Assembly (NCBI GenBank): GCA_963662655.2
Contig: CAXXTU010000002.1
Span: 512,001 to 576,000, forward strand
Length of the DNA stretch: 64,000 bases
From: Candidatus Cloacimonadales bacterium
GTDB taxonomy: Bacteria > Cloacimonadota > Cloacimonadia > Cloacimonadales > JAIOQZ01
Reading direction: 5' to 3'
In this document: piece after piece, positions 29,859 through 40,387 of the stretch
Layout: the number at the start of each line of letters is the position of its first letter
Position numbering within the stretch: position 1 is the stretch's first letter
Notes under the pieces: model-generated
The model's input: only the letters and a program-made list of their open reading frames with translations
The model's database searches: none
What the model was told of the DNA's origin: nothing
Made by a program: the position numbers and the translations under genes

Positions 29859-32800
29859 ATGAGCGATGATTTCAAAAGGACATTGATGCGCACCAAGATG
29901 CGTAAGCCGGCGGACGCGACGCGCTCCAGAGGGTATTCGTTCGGCGCTGAGGAGAAGGTGTTTCCTCAGCTCGAACCGGGCGATATCATCGAGAATCGTT
30001 ACCGCGTGATCCGCAAGGTGGGCGAAGGCTCATACGGCGCGGTATACCACGTGTTCGATCAGAAGATGGACATCCCTAAAGCGCTCAAGATTTTCGGACG
30101 TCGCGAAGAGAGCTTCCACATTATACCCGAGCTCCGCGACGAAGCACGCATCATGGCCAGAATCAACCACCCCAATATCGTGCGGATATTCGAGTTCAAC
30201 GAAACCGGCGAATATGTATTTCTCGATATGGAATACGCCGAGGGAGGTAACCTCGAGGAGCATCCCCAAGCGATAAGCAGGGACGACAAATCCGTAATCG
30301 AGGCCGCTCTGCAGATCGCAAGGGGACTGAACGAGGCCCACGAGCAGGGCATCGTGCACCTGGACGTGAAGCCCTCCAACCTCCTGCTGGATTCCGCGCG
30401 CAACATCAAGATCACCGATTTCGGTATCGCAGGGCAGCTCGCTCTGAAAATGACCTCGACGGCCGGTACACCCGCCTATATGGCCCCGGAACATCTGGAC
30501 GAAAAGGAAACGGATCATCGCGCGGACATCTTCTCTTTCGGGATCGTGCTGTACGAGCTTGTTCACGGCCGCTATCCATTCAAGCTGGACGAGCAGGGAA
30601 ACTACCGCTACGATGTCCCGCACCACCTGTTCGAAGAAAAGAGCGACCTCAATCAGATTATCCTCAAGTGCATCGCAGCCAATCCGGAGCACCGCTATCG
30701 TGATTTCACGCGTATCATAGCCGATCTCGAAAGCGCGCAGCAACAGGACAAAGCTCCTGCGATGGGGCAGGCTCCGGGCATTCGCAGTTTCTTCCGCGAG
30801 AAGATGAGCGAAATGGGCGAGGACCTCCGCAAGGAAACCCGAACGCTCATGATCCTTCTGATTCTGCTGCTGCTGATAACGCCATTCTATCTTCAAATCG
30901 TTCATAAACTCTCCGATCGGGAGAAGCCGCTTACGATAGAAGGACCGCCGTTGATTCCATCCGTAAATTTCCAAAGCACGCCGCAGCTCACGCTCGACAA
31001 TCTCCAGGAAGGCGATCTCGTGCAGTTTCGCGACCTACGCAAGGGTGGTGAGACGGCATTCGAGTTCTTTTACGGGGGTGAGGAGCCGCTCAATCTACGC
31101 TTCGAGGGTAACAGGATTTTCCTGAACGACAGCCTCGTTGGCGTGCATGTCAGGAGCCGTGATGATTTACCGTTGCCGCGCAATCTCGCGTTCATCCACT
31201 CCGATATCGAACTGGAGCGCGACGATCTGCTCAACCAGGAGCATCCCAACCTCTCCATTCGTTTGGGGGAAGCGGTATCCGCCCGTACGCTGGAGAATCT
31301 CCCGCAATCGACGCGCTTCTTCGATCTGGGCAGGAACGAGAGGATTACCGACCTACGCAGCCTGGACCGACTGCCAAACCTGCGCGGACTCGATTTGCAG
31401 AACGCCGAAACCTTCTATCCGACTGGCTTGAACGAGCTCGATCAGATCAAGTGGCTGAACCTTTCCGGGAACGGCCTGCGTTCCGTTAATGGTTTGCGAA
31501 CGATGCAAACGCTCGAGCATCTGGATGTGAGCCGAAACCGCTTGCAGAGCCTTGCGCAACTGCGCCGCTTACAGCAGCTTCAGAACATCCAGTACGAGGG
31601 GAATCCGCGTTTGCCGGAATCGGATAAAAAGTGGATGGATGAGGTCAATCAGCGATATCTTGGCGAACGAAGCGGCGAGGTTACGAACCGGCGGCAATTG
31701 CTCTGGCAGCGGTCGTCCGGGTTGGAGAAGCTTGTCTTTGGTGTCGCGCTGATTGTTCTGGGCCTGATCGCGTACCAGTTGATCAAGATTCTCGGGAAAA
31801 ACCTTCCCGCGCTCGTGCCTGCGAAAAAAGATAAAACTGAGAAAAGAAAAACAGATTCCAACCAACCGCTTCCGGAGGAATTTCACAATCGCCTGAAGCA
31901 GGCTGAGGATCTGGAGAAAGAGAATAAACAGTGGTCACCGCCGGAGCAGAACGCCCTGCGGACTCTCCATGAACTGGCGGTGGAATACCCGGGCGAACGT
32001 CAGATTCTTCGCAAGGAGAAGCGCATCGTGCAGGCCGCGGAGCGGAAGATCAAGCGATACATATCTCGAAGCGAGTACGAGCCGGCGTATCTGAATACGC
32101 AGTCGGTGCTTGCCGTCATGGCGACGACTAAGCTGAAGAAGTTTCGAAAGACCTGCCTGGACAAGCTGATCCACGATGAACCGGTCAAGATGATTCCCAT
32201 CCCGGCAGGAAGCTTTGTGATGGGCGATTTCGAGAGCGGGACTCTAACCAGCGCGCTACCGCTGCACAAGGTTACACTCAAGGGCTTCTCCATGAGTGAA
32301 ACGGTCATCACGAACCACCAGTACTGCCAGTTCCTCAACGCGGTTGGAAAGCACTACGAGCCTTTCTACGACTGGATCAATCTCTCCAGCCAGTACTGCC
32401 GGATACGTAAATCGGACCGCGGTAAGTACGAGGCGGTTGAGCCGTATAGCTCGTTTCCGGTGATCGAAGTGAGTTGGCAGGGCGCGATGCGGTTCTGCGA
32501 ATGGTTTGGCGGAAGGCTCCCGACAGAGGCCGAATGGGAGTACGCCGCCAGGAACGCGGGGAAGAAGATTCTCTTCTCGGCCGGCAATCACGCGGATCGC
32601 TCCAAAATGAATTACCTGATCGACAAGAACGATGATCGCTGGCACTCGGTGTTTCCTGTCAAGTCCATGCCCCCGAATCAGTTGGGCTTGTACGAGATGT
32701 CCGGTAACGTGCTGGAGTGGTGCGCTGATTACTTCGACAAGGAGTACTACACCGAGCAGGAAATGGCCAATCCCGCCGGCCCGGACAAAGGTACCCTGCG

Positions 32801-32921
32801 GTCGGTGCGAGGCGGCGCCTGGTGCTTTCAGGCGAAGAACATGAAAACCTACTACCGGGGATCTGCCAAGCCGTCCGCGCGCAACAATTTCATCGGATTC
32901 CGCGTTGTGAAAGATATCTGA
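29859..32921 (+). CDS. Ser/Thr protein kinase - TM - LRR - TM - FGE/SUMF1 domain protein
   Basis: GEGSYG, ALK, HLDVKPSN, DFG, APE; two hydrophobic helices; LRRs (LKWLNLSGNGL-type); RLPTEAEWEYAAR, GLYEMSGNVLEW, RGGAW, IGFRVV. Confidence 0.9.
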   Translation: MSDDFKRTLMRTKMRKPADATRSRGYSFGAEEKVFPQLEPGDIIENRYRVIRKVGEGSYGAVYHVFDQKMDIPKALKIFGRREESFHIIPELRDEARIMARINHPNIVRIFEFNETGEYVFLDMEYAEGGNLEEHPQAISRDDKSVIEAALQIARGLNEAHEQGIVHLDVKPSNLLLDSARNIKITDFGIAGQLALKMTSTAGTPAYMAPEHLDEKETDHRADIFSFGIVLYELVHGRYPFKLDEQGNYRYDVPHHLFEEKSDLNQIILKCIAANPEHRYRDFTRIIADLESAQQQDKAPAMGQAPGIRSFFREKMSEMGEDLRKETRTLMILLILLLLITPFYLQIVHKLSDREKPLTIEGPPLIPSVNFQSTPQLTLDNLQEGDLVQFRDLRKGGETAFEFFYGGEEPLNLRFEGNRIFLNDSLVGVHVRSRDDLPLPRNLAFIHSDIELERDDLLNQEHPNLSIRLGEAVSARTLENLPQSTRFFDLGRNERITDLRSLDRLPNLRGLDLQNAETFYPTGLNELDQIKWLNLSGNGLRSVNGLRTMQTLEHLDVSRNRLQSLAQLRRLQQLQNIQYEGNPRLPESDKKWMDEVNQRYLGERSGEVTNRRQLLWQRSSGLEKLVFGVALIVLGLIAYQLIKILGKNLPALVPAKKDKTEKRKTDSNQPLPEEFHNRLKQAEDLEKENKQWSPPEQNALRTLHELAVEYPGERQILRKEKRIVQAAERKIKRYISRSEYEPAYLNTQSVLAVMATTKLKKFRKTCLDKLIHDEPVKMIPIPAGSFVMGDFESGTLTSALPLHKVTLKGFSMSETVITNHQYCQFLNAVGKHYEPFYDWINLSSQYCRIRKSDRGKYEAVEPYSSFPVIEVSWQGAMRFCEWFGGRLPTEAEWEYAARNAGKKILFSAGNHADRSKMNYLIDKNDDRWHSVFPVKSMPPNQLGLYEMSGNVLEWCADYFDKEYYTEQEMANPAGPDKGTLRSVRGGAWCFQAKNMKTYYRGSAKPSARNNFIGFRVVKDI

Positions 32922-32927
32922 GCCGAT

Positions 32928-34754
32928 ATGACACGATCAACAACTCTATTCCGAGCGCTTTCGATCCTCTTCCTGCTGAGCATTTTCGCGCCGGTCGTCG
33001 CACAGGACGGCTACAAGCTCCGCGACATTGCCTTTGAAGGCAACCAGACGCTTTCCGATTCCGATCTCAAAGACCTCATGGAGCTCAAGGAGGACGACTT
33101 CCTCTACCGGATCCAGTTCTGGAAGGACGACCGTCTGTTCGATTCCGACGCGCTTGTTCGAGACACGACGCGCATCTTGCATCGCTACCGGACAGAGGGT
33201 TTCCTGGATGCGGGCGTTACCTGCGATGTGCAGGTGAATGAAGAGAAGAGTCTTGTTTATCTAAAGCTTGAGATCGATGAGGGGAAGCCAATATTATTGA
33301 ATGATATACGCTATGAAATCCTGGCGGATAATCATGCGGAAATCGAGGAGATTCTAAGCAGGACGGATGATACTCAGGAGCGTGGTGAGCGTTTCCGGGA
33401 CGTTGTGATCACCGGCAGGCAGGAGGCTCTGCTCGAAGCGCTGGGCAACCGCGGATATCCCCTCGCGGATATCGATTTCAAGCTTCATGTGCATCCCGCC
33501 AGGTATCAGGTTGACGTCGACTGGACAGTCGATTCGAAGCATCCTTGTATGTTCGGCGAAATCCGCGTCACGGGTCTGGAGAATCCGCTGGAGAAGCAGG
33601 TTCTCCGGCAGGCGACGAACATGGATAGCGGTGAATATCGGCAATCCGAGCTCAAGAAAGTGCAGCGGCGAATCTATCAGCTCGGGATGTTCCAATCGGT
33701 GGCGGTGAAAGCGCTTCTGGGCGAGGAATTCGCCGGAAAAATCCCTGTCGAGATCGTTCTGGGTGAGGCGCCGCGCCATAACGTGAAAGTCGGTGTGGGC
33801 TGGGGAATCGAGGATCGATTCCGGGTGTTCGCAGAGTACAAGAAGCTGGGATTTCTCGGTGGCGTTCGCAGGTTGCATTTGTATGCCAAGCACTCCTATC
33901 TGGAGCCAGTCAACGTCAGTATGAAGTTCGTCCAGCCCGATTTCCTTCACACCTACGGCGAATTCTCTCTGAGTCCTTACTACAAGCGGGAGCGTGAGAT
34001 CAGCTACACGATGGATCGCCTGGGTGCGAATATGGCTTATCAGAAATCGTACTCAAACTTCGTAACGGCCTACGGGAATGTGAACTACGAGAAGAATGAC
34101 ATCGCCGCGATTCATCTGAGCGACGAAGAGGTGTTCGGCGAGGAGGCGGACGACCTCTACGAGAAAACCGTATTCACCATCGGTGGATTCTACGATTCAT
34201 CGCAGCCGCCGACCGATCCCGAGCGGGGAATCTATGTGGGAAGCTCTTACTCGGTGGCTCCAATACGGGAAGTGAGCGATTACGAATTCTACAAGATCCA
34301 GCTCGATGCCAGAGTCTATCAAAGGATCGCGAGCTGGCTGGTTGTCGCCCTCAAGCTGAAGGGCGGTGCGATGGAGCCGTTCGGCCAGAGCGAGACAACG
34401 CCGGTGGAAGACCGTTTCTACGCGGGTGGAAGCTATTCTGTGAGGGGATGGCAACGCTCTCAGCTCGGTCCGAAGAACGAGAACGGATACCCGCTTGGCG
34501 GAAATAGTCTGGCGGAAGGGAGTCTGGAGCTTCGCTACCCGATCTACGACATTTTCTCGGGCGTTGTGTTCCTCGATGGCGGAAATGTCTGGAAGGATTC
34601 CTACGAATACATAGCGAATGATCTGCGTTTCGCAAGTGGCCTCGGTTTACGCGTAAAAACCCCCGTTGGGCCGATTCGCCTCGACTTTGCTTCACCGGTT
34701 TTCGAGAAGAAGAAGGAGCTGCAGATTCATGCCAGCATCGGGCACGCTTTCTAG
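32928..34754 (+). CDS. Omp85 family TamA/BamA-like outer membrane protein
   Basis: Signal peptide, three POTRA-like domains, FYAGGSYSVRGW, TPVGPIRLD, C-terminal IGHAF. Confidence 0.9.
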   Translation: MTRSTTLFRALSILFLLSIFAPVVAQDGYKLRDIAFEGNQTLSDSDLKDLMELKEDDFLYRIQFWKDDRLFDSDALVRDTTRILHRYRTEGFLDAGVTCDVQVNEEKSLVYLKLEIDEGKPILLNDIRYEILADNHAEIEEILSRTDDTQERGERFRDVVITGRQEALLEALGNRGYPLADIDFKLHVHPARYQVDVDWTVDSKHPCMFGEIRVTGLENPLEKQVLRQATNMDSGEYRQSELKKVQRRIYQLGMFQSVAVKALLGEEFAGKIPVEIVLGEAPRHNVKVGVGWGIEDRFRVFAEYKKLGFLGGVRRLHLYAKHSYLEPVNVSMKFVQPDFLHTYGEFSLSPYYKREREISYTMDRLGANMAYQKSYSNFVTAYGNVNYEKNDIAAIHLSDEEVFGEEADDLYEKTVFTIGGFYDSSQPPTDPERGIYVGSSYSVAPIREVSDYEFYKIQLDARVYQRIASWLVVALKLKGGAMEPFGQSETTPVEDRFYAGGSYSVRGWQRSQLGPKNENGYPLGGNSLAEGSLELRYPIYDIFSGVVFLDGGNVWKDSYEYIANDLRFASGLGLRVKTPVGPIRLDFASPVFEKKKELQIHASIGHAF

Positions 34755-37700
34755 GCGGATTATCAGGGGATTATTCAGAACGATTGCGGCCATCGTGCTG
34801 ATCGTACTGCTGGGTGTCTGCGTGCTATATCTTTTGCTCCAGGCCGGGAAGCTGAATCCGCTGATGAAATCGATCGCAGTCCGCACCGTAAATCGCTCTA
34901 TCAACGGCGAACTTTCGATCGCTTCCATATACGGTAATCCGCTGAAGAATCTCGAAATACGGGATATTCGTCTAAGGATGGATGGTGAGATGATTGCCTC
35001 CATTGGCTCGATTTCCCTCAAATACGATCTCTCCGGCGTGTTGAAGAAAGAGTTCAATATCAAACAGATTCGCATCGATTCGCTCTGGGCATACGCCGCG
35101 CAATCCCCCGACAGCACATGGAATTTCTCGCGTTTGGCAAAGACTTCCGAAGCCACGGCGGATGAAGAGGATCAGGCGTTTTCGCTGCCGGATAATAAAG
35201 CGGAATTGGGCATGTTCGAGATTTCCAGTGCGAATATCGATATCGACGCACTCGATCCGAAGATTCCTTCCCGTATCGAAAATCTGCACCTGAAGTTCGG
35301 TGCAAAGCTGAACAAAGAGGGAATCTACGCTCAATTGATTGATTTCGGGACAAGAATCGATTCCCTGAACATCAAGCGATTCGGTTTCATCGCGATATGG
35401 TCGCAATCTGTGCTAAATGTGGCTCAGTTCGAGTTCGAGACGGACAGAACCAGGATTACAGCGCAGGGAACATATGGATCCGATAACGATCGTGTCAGAC
35501 TTCAATTGAATCCGCTGGATCTACGGGATTTCGAGCGATTCCTCCCTGAATTCCAGCATCCGGACCAGATATTTGTCAACCTCAATGCGACTGCGAACGG
35601 CGACAGCCTCAACGCCAATGCGACAATCCGTTCCGGCGCGGATTCGCTCAGTCTCAACGCGAAAGCGGATTCTTACATCAATCCAACGTATTTCTCCCTC
35701 GAGATGAGCATGCAGAAGGTCAATCTTGCGGATGACTGGGGGATTCCGTTCTACGCCAACGACCTGGAATTGATTGTCAGTGGCTCGGAGGGGATCACGA
35801 AGGAATCAGGCATCCACGCCACTGTAAGCGGTAAACGGCTGCAATACGACAAGTATCCGCTGGAACGCCTCGGTGTAGAGGCGGACTATTCGCCGGAAGA
35901 GGTGGAGTTCAACATCAACGCGGAGAACGATGAGCGAAACAGTGTCTTTTTGAGCGGTAATCTGGAACTCGAGAAGCCGGATCGTCCGTTCGATTTTCGC
36001 GGAAATCTGAGCTTCCATTCCAGCGACTATCCGCAATACGGTATTTCCACGAATTTGAGCACGACGCTTTCTCTCAGCGGAAGTGGGCTCCTGCGTGATG
36101 GAGCGAATCTCAAGAGCGATATTAGCCTCGATTTCAAGCCGACGACAATCGAGGATTTCGAGATTCTATCCGGCACCGTCAAGCTAACATACGACGGCGG
36201 TGCATACGAATTGAAGGCGTTCCGCTTCGATGCGGCAAGCGGGGATGTCAAAGGTTCTGGCAAGGGCAACATCAATGGGGAGCAGCGGATTGATTTCTCC
36301 GTGGGTCTTTCCGATCTGTCGCAGTTTGAAACGCTTTCCGGAATGGACAAGCTCGAGGGAGTTATCCGGGCCGATGTCTCGGCTCGAGGCAAGCTCGATT
36401 CGCTTCAGTTCCAGTTTTCCGCGATGGGTGATAACCTGGATGCGAATGAACTCAGCGTCGAAGCGCTCCGGATTGAGGTTACAGGAAATATTCAGGGAAA
36501 TGATGTCAGTGCCGAAGGTGAGTTCGGGATCGATCATGCGGCTTATGGCGATGTACGTGTCGATAGCCTGCGTTTGGATGCCGGATATTTGGATAATGCG
36601 CTTTCTGCGAAGATGAATCTCTACCAGAGTGAGGAGCGATACGGTCGGATCGATATTCGCTTCCGAACCGGTGAAACAAACACACTGGAAATACCGCTGC
36701 TCGATTTCCACTTGGGCGAAGACCACTGGACACTCGCTCACGACACGACGCAAGTATGTTTCTCCGGTGACTGCTACTCGGTGAACGACTTCACGCTGCA
36801 AGCGCCGCCTCAAGCGATTTCCGCGTCAGGCGTTTACGTAGTTGATGGGGATATGGATGCCCAGCTTACGATCGATTCCCTGAATCTGGCTGTGCTGAAC
36901 GATTTCCTGCCAGAGGATTCCAATGCAGGTGGTGTACTGAATCTTCACGCGCTCGTTCAAGGCCGAATGACCGATCCGCGAGCGAGGCTCGTCCTCAGCT
37001 TGAGCGATCTCTCGTGGGGCGGCTACGACATCACGGGGATCGAGGCGGATCTGACATCGGAGGATCGTATCGCCAAGATGAACGCCGCGGTCCGATTCAC
37101 GCCCAAAGAGAGTTTTAGCCTCGATGCGAACGTACCGCTCGGGCTGATCATTCGGGTTATTCCCATTGCGGAAGATTCCCTGGCCTACGTGCATTTGCTC
37201 AGCGATTCAATCGACATTGGTTTCGTGAATGACTTCACCAGTGAAATCCAACTGGATCGCGGGTACCTGGTGATGGATATATCGCTGACAAGCGATCTGG
37301 TGCGCCACGACGTTGGCGGACGGATCAAGATGACGGGAAAATCCCTGACCATCCGTCAGCTTGGCACACGTTACGACGATCTTCTGTTCGAGCTGACTGG
37401 GGATAACGAATCCATACGTCTGGATACGCTGTACGCCGAAGGAGGCGACGGTACGCTATCCGCTTCGGGCTATGCCATGCTGGGCGATTTCGTGAACGAC
37501 TACATTCGCTCCATCGATTTCCGGCTCCTGGCCAGGAAATTCCAGTTCTCGAAAAAGCGGCAACTACGCCTCGTCTCCGACATGGATATCAAGTTCACCG
37601 GAACGATGGACGATCCTCGCTTCGACGCGGACGTAAATATCATCGAATCCCGTGTGAACATCGATCAATTCACTGGAGGCTCGGGACCGCCACTTCCCAG

Positions 37701-38550
37701 CCAGAAGCCGCTGCTTGTGGCAGCGCTCACCGATACGACGGAGATCGTTTACGAAAAGGTAACGCCCGAGATCAACCTCTCGAAGAACCTTTCAGGCGTC
37801 GCGCATGTGACCATACCGCGAAACACATGGGTGTACGGCAAGGACATGCAGGTCGAGCTGACGGGCGACATCAAAGCGCTGAAGGAAGGCCAGAATCTTT
37901 ATCTGACCGGCCAGGTCAGAACCGTCCGCGGCGACTACAACCTGTACGGGCGGAAGTTCCGCATTTCGTCTGCTAGCGTTACGTTCACAGGCGGAAGGGA
38001 CATCGATCCGATCTTGGACGTGAAAGCCGACTACATCTTCCGCGATCTTCAGCAGAATCAGAGGACGCTACGTGTGATCCTGACGGGACGCATCAACGAT
38101 CCCAAGGCGACCTTCACGCTCGACGGCGCGGAAATCGAGCAGGCGGATGCCGTTTCTTACATCCTGTTCAAACGCAGCGCCAGTCAGTTGACCCAGAACG
38201 AAAAGAGCTCGATGAACGAAAATACCTCCAGCGCCAGCTTTGCACAGGGACTCATCATCAAGGAGCTGTCGTCGCAACTGACAAGCTCCATCCGCGAGCA
38301 GCTCGATCTGGATGTACTGGAGATTCAGGGCAACGAGGACATCAGCAAAACATCCGTCGTGGTGGGAAAATATATTACCAATCGCCTGTTTCTAAGCTAT
38401 GAGAGACGCATCAATCCAAGCAGCACCAATGACGCCGAAACCGAAATTATGACCCTCGAGTACCAGATCAACAAGGCCTTCTCCATTCAGGGAACCAGGG
38501 GCAACGACAGCTCGACGGGCGTTGACCTTATTTGGAAGTATGAGAATTAA
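34729..38550 (+). CDS. tamB: translocation/assembly module TamB-domain protein
   Basis: N-terminal anchor, long beta-rich repeats, C-terminal DUF490-like region (VGKYITNRLFLSY...GVDLIWKYE); ATG 34729 with AAGGAG RBS. Confidence 0.85.
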   Translation: MPASGTLSRRIIRGLFRTIAAIVLIVLLGVCVLYLLLQAGKLNPLMKSIAVRTVNRSINGELSIASIYGNPLKNLEIRDIRLRMDGEMIASIGSISLKYDLSGVLKKEFNIKQIRIDSLWAYAAQSPDSTWNFSRLAKTSEATADEEDQAFSLPDNKAELGMFEISSANIDIDALDPKIPSRIENLHLKFGAKLNKEGIYAQLIDFGTRIDSLNIKRFGFIAIWSQSVLNVAQFEFETDRTRITAQGTYGSDNDRVRLQLNPLDLRDFERFLPEFQHPDQIFVNLNATANGDSLNANATIRSGADSLSLNAKADSYINPTYFSLEMSMQKVNLADDWGIPFYANDLELIVSGSEGITKESGIHATVSGKRLQYDKYPLERLGVEADYSPEEVEFNINAENDERNSVFLSGNLELEKPDRPFDFRGNLSFHSSDYPQYGISTNLSTTLSLSGSGLLRDGANLKSDISLDFKPTTIEDFEILSGTVKLTYDGGAYELKAFRFDAASGDVKGSGKGNINGEQRIDFSVGLSDLSQFETLSGMDKLEGVIRADVSARGKLDSLQFQFSAMGDNLDANELSVEALRIEVTGNIQGNDVSAEGEFGIDHAAYGDVRVDSLRLDAGYLDNALSAKMNLYQSEERYGRIDIRFRTGETNTLEIPLLDFHLGEDHWTLAHDTTQVCFSGDCYSVNDFTLQAPPQAISASGVYVVDGDMDAQLTIDSLNLAVLNDFLPEDSNAGGVLNLHALVQGRMTDPRARLVLSLSDLSWGGYDITGIEADLTSEDRIAKMNAAVRFTPKESFSLDANVPLGLIIRVIPIAEDSLAYVHLLSDSIDIGFVNDFTSEIQLDRGYLVMDISLTSDLVRHDVGGRIKMTGKSLTIRQLGTRYDDLLFELTGDNESIRLDTLYAEGGDGTLSASGYAMLGDFVNDYIRSIDFRLLARKFQFSKKRQLRLVSDMDIKFTGTMDDPRFDADVNIIESRVNIDQFTGGSGPPLPSQKPLLVAALTDTTEIVYEKVTPEINLSKNLSGVAHVTIPRNTWVYGKDMQVELTGDIKALKEGQNLYLTGQVRTVRGDYNLYGRKFRISSASVTFTGGRDIDPILDVKADYIFRDLQQNQRTLRVILTGRINDPKATFTLDGAEIEQADAVSYILFKRSASQLTQNEKSSMNENTSSASFAQGLIIKELSSQLTSSIREQLDLDVLEIQGNEDISKTSVVVGKYITNRLFLSYERRINPSSTNDAETEIMTLEYQINKAFSIQGTRGNDSSTGVDLIWKYEN

Positions 38551-40387
38551 TACTCTGAAGATCGTTTCCCTGCTCCTGCTGCTTCTGGTGGCGAGCTCCG
38601 TGTTGCTGGCACAGCCATCTCAGGAAACCTTCGATGTCGGCGATTCGCTCCGGACGGTGCAATACGAGAAGAGGGTTCTGGATACGGTTCGGGAAATCTC
38701 CAGTCGCGGGACGTGGATGTCGCGCCTGATGCGGAGTATCTTCGTTCTGGAGAAACAGAGCATGGAAACGGATCGCGAGGTGGTCTCCAACCCGATAAGG
38801 AAATTCCTTCGGTACGACAGCCGGAAGATCAGCAGCATCCGCATCATCGTGCTGGATGTCTTCGGCGGCTCGGTGGACGACCTCTCGATTCGGGAGCTCA
38901 CCTGGCTCGAGCGCGTCGGCAACACATTGCACATCAACACGCAAAAGGCAATCATTCGCAACCAGCTCCTCTTCAAGGTCGGCGACAGCCTCGATCCCCT
39001 CTTGATTGCGGAATCCGAGCGTATTCTCCGTGCGAACAACTACATCTACGACGCCCGGATTCGCCCGTTCTCCAACCCGGACGGTTCCGTCGATCTGGAT
39101 GTGATCGTTCGCGATGTATGGACGCTGAAGGCGGAGGTCGCGATGAAGGATGTCGATCAATGGAATATCTCCTTCACCGAGGACAACCTTTGGGGCTGGG
39201 GCGGAAGGCTTCACTCAGAGTTGAAGTTCGATCCCGGTTACCGCGACGGATGGAACTGGGAGGGCAGCTACAAGCGCCGTAACCTTTTCCGTGACAACAT
39301 CACGGGAGAAATCTACCGGAAGGTGAGTCTCGGCAGTACGCGGAAGGGCGTCGGCTTCAACCGGGAATTCTCGTCTCCGCTTATCCGCTGGCTCTACGGT
39401 ACCAATCTCGAGTGGAACCGCCACGAAGAGGTGATGCTCATGGATGAAGAGGTCACTCAAACGGAGGAGTTGCGCTACAACCGTCAGGATTTGTGGCTGG
39501 GCCGGACGTTCCCGATCCACGAAGACGGCAACGAACAGGGTATCGTGAATTACCTCACCGCGGCGGCGCGGATCATCCGCACGGATCACACCATGCAGTC
39601 GGATTACGATCCGGAGGGGCACGTGCAGGATTCCTATATGGGCATCTACAGCCTTGGATTCCTGATCCGGTCGTACAAAAAGGTGAGCTACCTGTTCCGC
39701 TTCGGCGTCACGGAGGATATCCCTGTCGGAAGCAAGTTTCAGTTTACCTCGGGATACGAGCGGGGACGTCACTACAATCGCAATTACTACGCGTTGTACT
39801 ATCAATACAGCTACTACCACGATGGCTACGGGTACTTGTCCAGCGAGCTTTCCGCTTCCGGATTCAAGCGGACCAGCGCTTGGGAGAGCCGTCGGTTCGA
39901 TGTGAGCCTGACCGGCATTTCTCGGATGTGTTACCTGTACGACTACCGTATCCGCCAATACTTTTTCCTGGAGTACACACGCGCCGAGAACCCGATCTAC
40001 TCCAGCCAGTTGCTGAAGATCAGCGATAAAAGCGGAATTCGTGGGCTCACGAGCGATCGAACCGGAAACAAGCGCTTGCGGCTGAATCTGGAGACCAATT
40101 ATCAGATGCCGTTCCGCTTCCTCGGGTTCCATTTCGCGGTTAGCGTATTCGGCGATTTTGCTGTCCTGGCTGCAAAGGACAACAGCCTGAAATCCAGCAG
40201 CGTCTATCAGGGATACGGGATCGGGCTGCGCTTCAAGAACGAGCATCTGATTTTCCGAACCATCGAGCTGTTCATCGGATACTACCCGACCATGGACGAT
40301 AGCGAGGACTGGAACTACTTCTCCAGGTCGTCAAGCTACTATTCTTTCAACAAACTCGGTTTTGGCCGACCGGAGGTTATCGAGTAA
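38540..40387 (+). CDS. Omp85-like outer membrane protein with POTRA-like N-terminus
   Basis: Signal peptide; GNTLHINT...LLFKVGD...AESERILR POTRA-like segment; GIRG and GYGIGLRF barrel motifs. Confidence 0.7.
   Translation: MRINTLKIVSLLLLLLVASSVLLAQPSQETFDVGDSLRTVQYEKRVLDTVREISSRGTWMSRLMRSIFVLEKQSMETDREVVSNPIRKFLRYDSRKISSIRIIVLDVFGGSVDDLSIRELTWLERVGNTLHINTQKAIIRNQLLFKVGDSLDPLLIAESERILRANNYIYDARIRPFSNPDGSVDLDVIVRDVWTLKAEVAMKDVDQWNISFTEDNLWGWGGRLHSELKFDPGYRDGWNWEGSYKRRNLFRDNITGEIYRKVSLGSTRKGVGFNREFSSPLIRWLYGTNLEWNRHEEVMLMDEEVTQTEELRYNRQDLWLGRTFPIHEDGNEQGIVNYLTAAARIIRTDHTMQSDYDPEGHVQDSYMGIYSLGFLIRSYKKVSYLFRFGVTEDIPVGSKFQFTSGYERGRHYNRNYYALYYQYSYYHDGYGYLSSELSASGFKRTSAWESRRFDVSLTGISRMCYLYDYRIRQYFFLEYTRAENPIYSSQLLKISDKSGIRGLTSDRTGNKRLRLNLETNYQMPFRFLGFHFAVSVFGDFAVLAAKDNSLKSSSVYQGYGIGLRFKNEHLIFRTIELFIGYYPTMDDSEDWNYFSRSSSYYSFNKLGFGRPEVIE

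Noticed and set aside
32760..32921. FGE/CLec C-terminus as a diversity-generating retroelement variable region
   Set aside because: No reverse transcriptase and no template repeat seen in this window; a remote DGR cannot be excluded without a genome search
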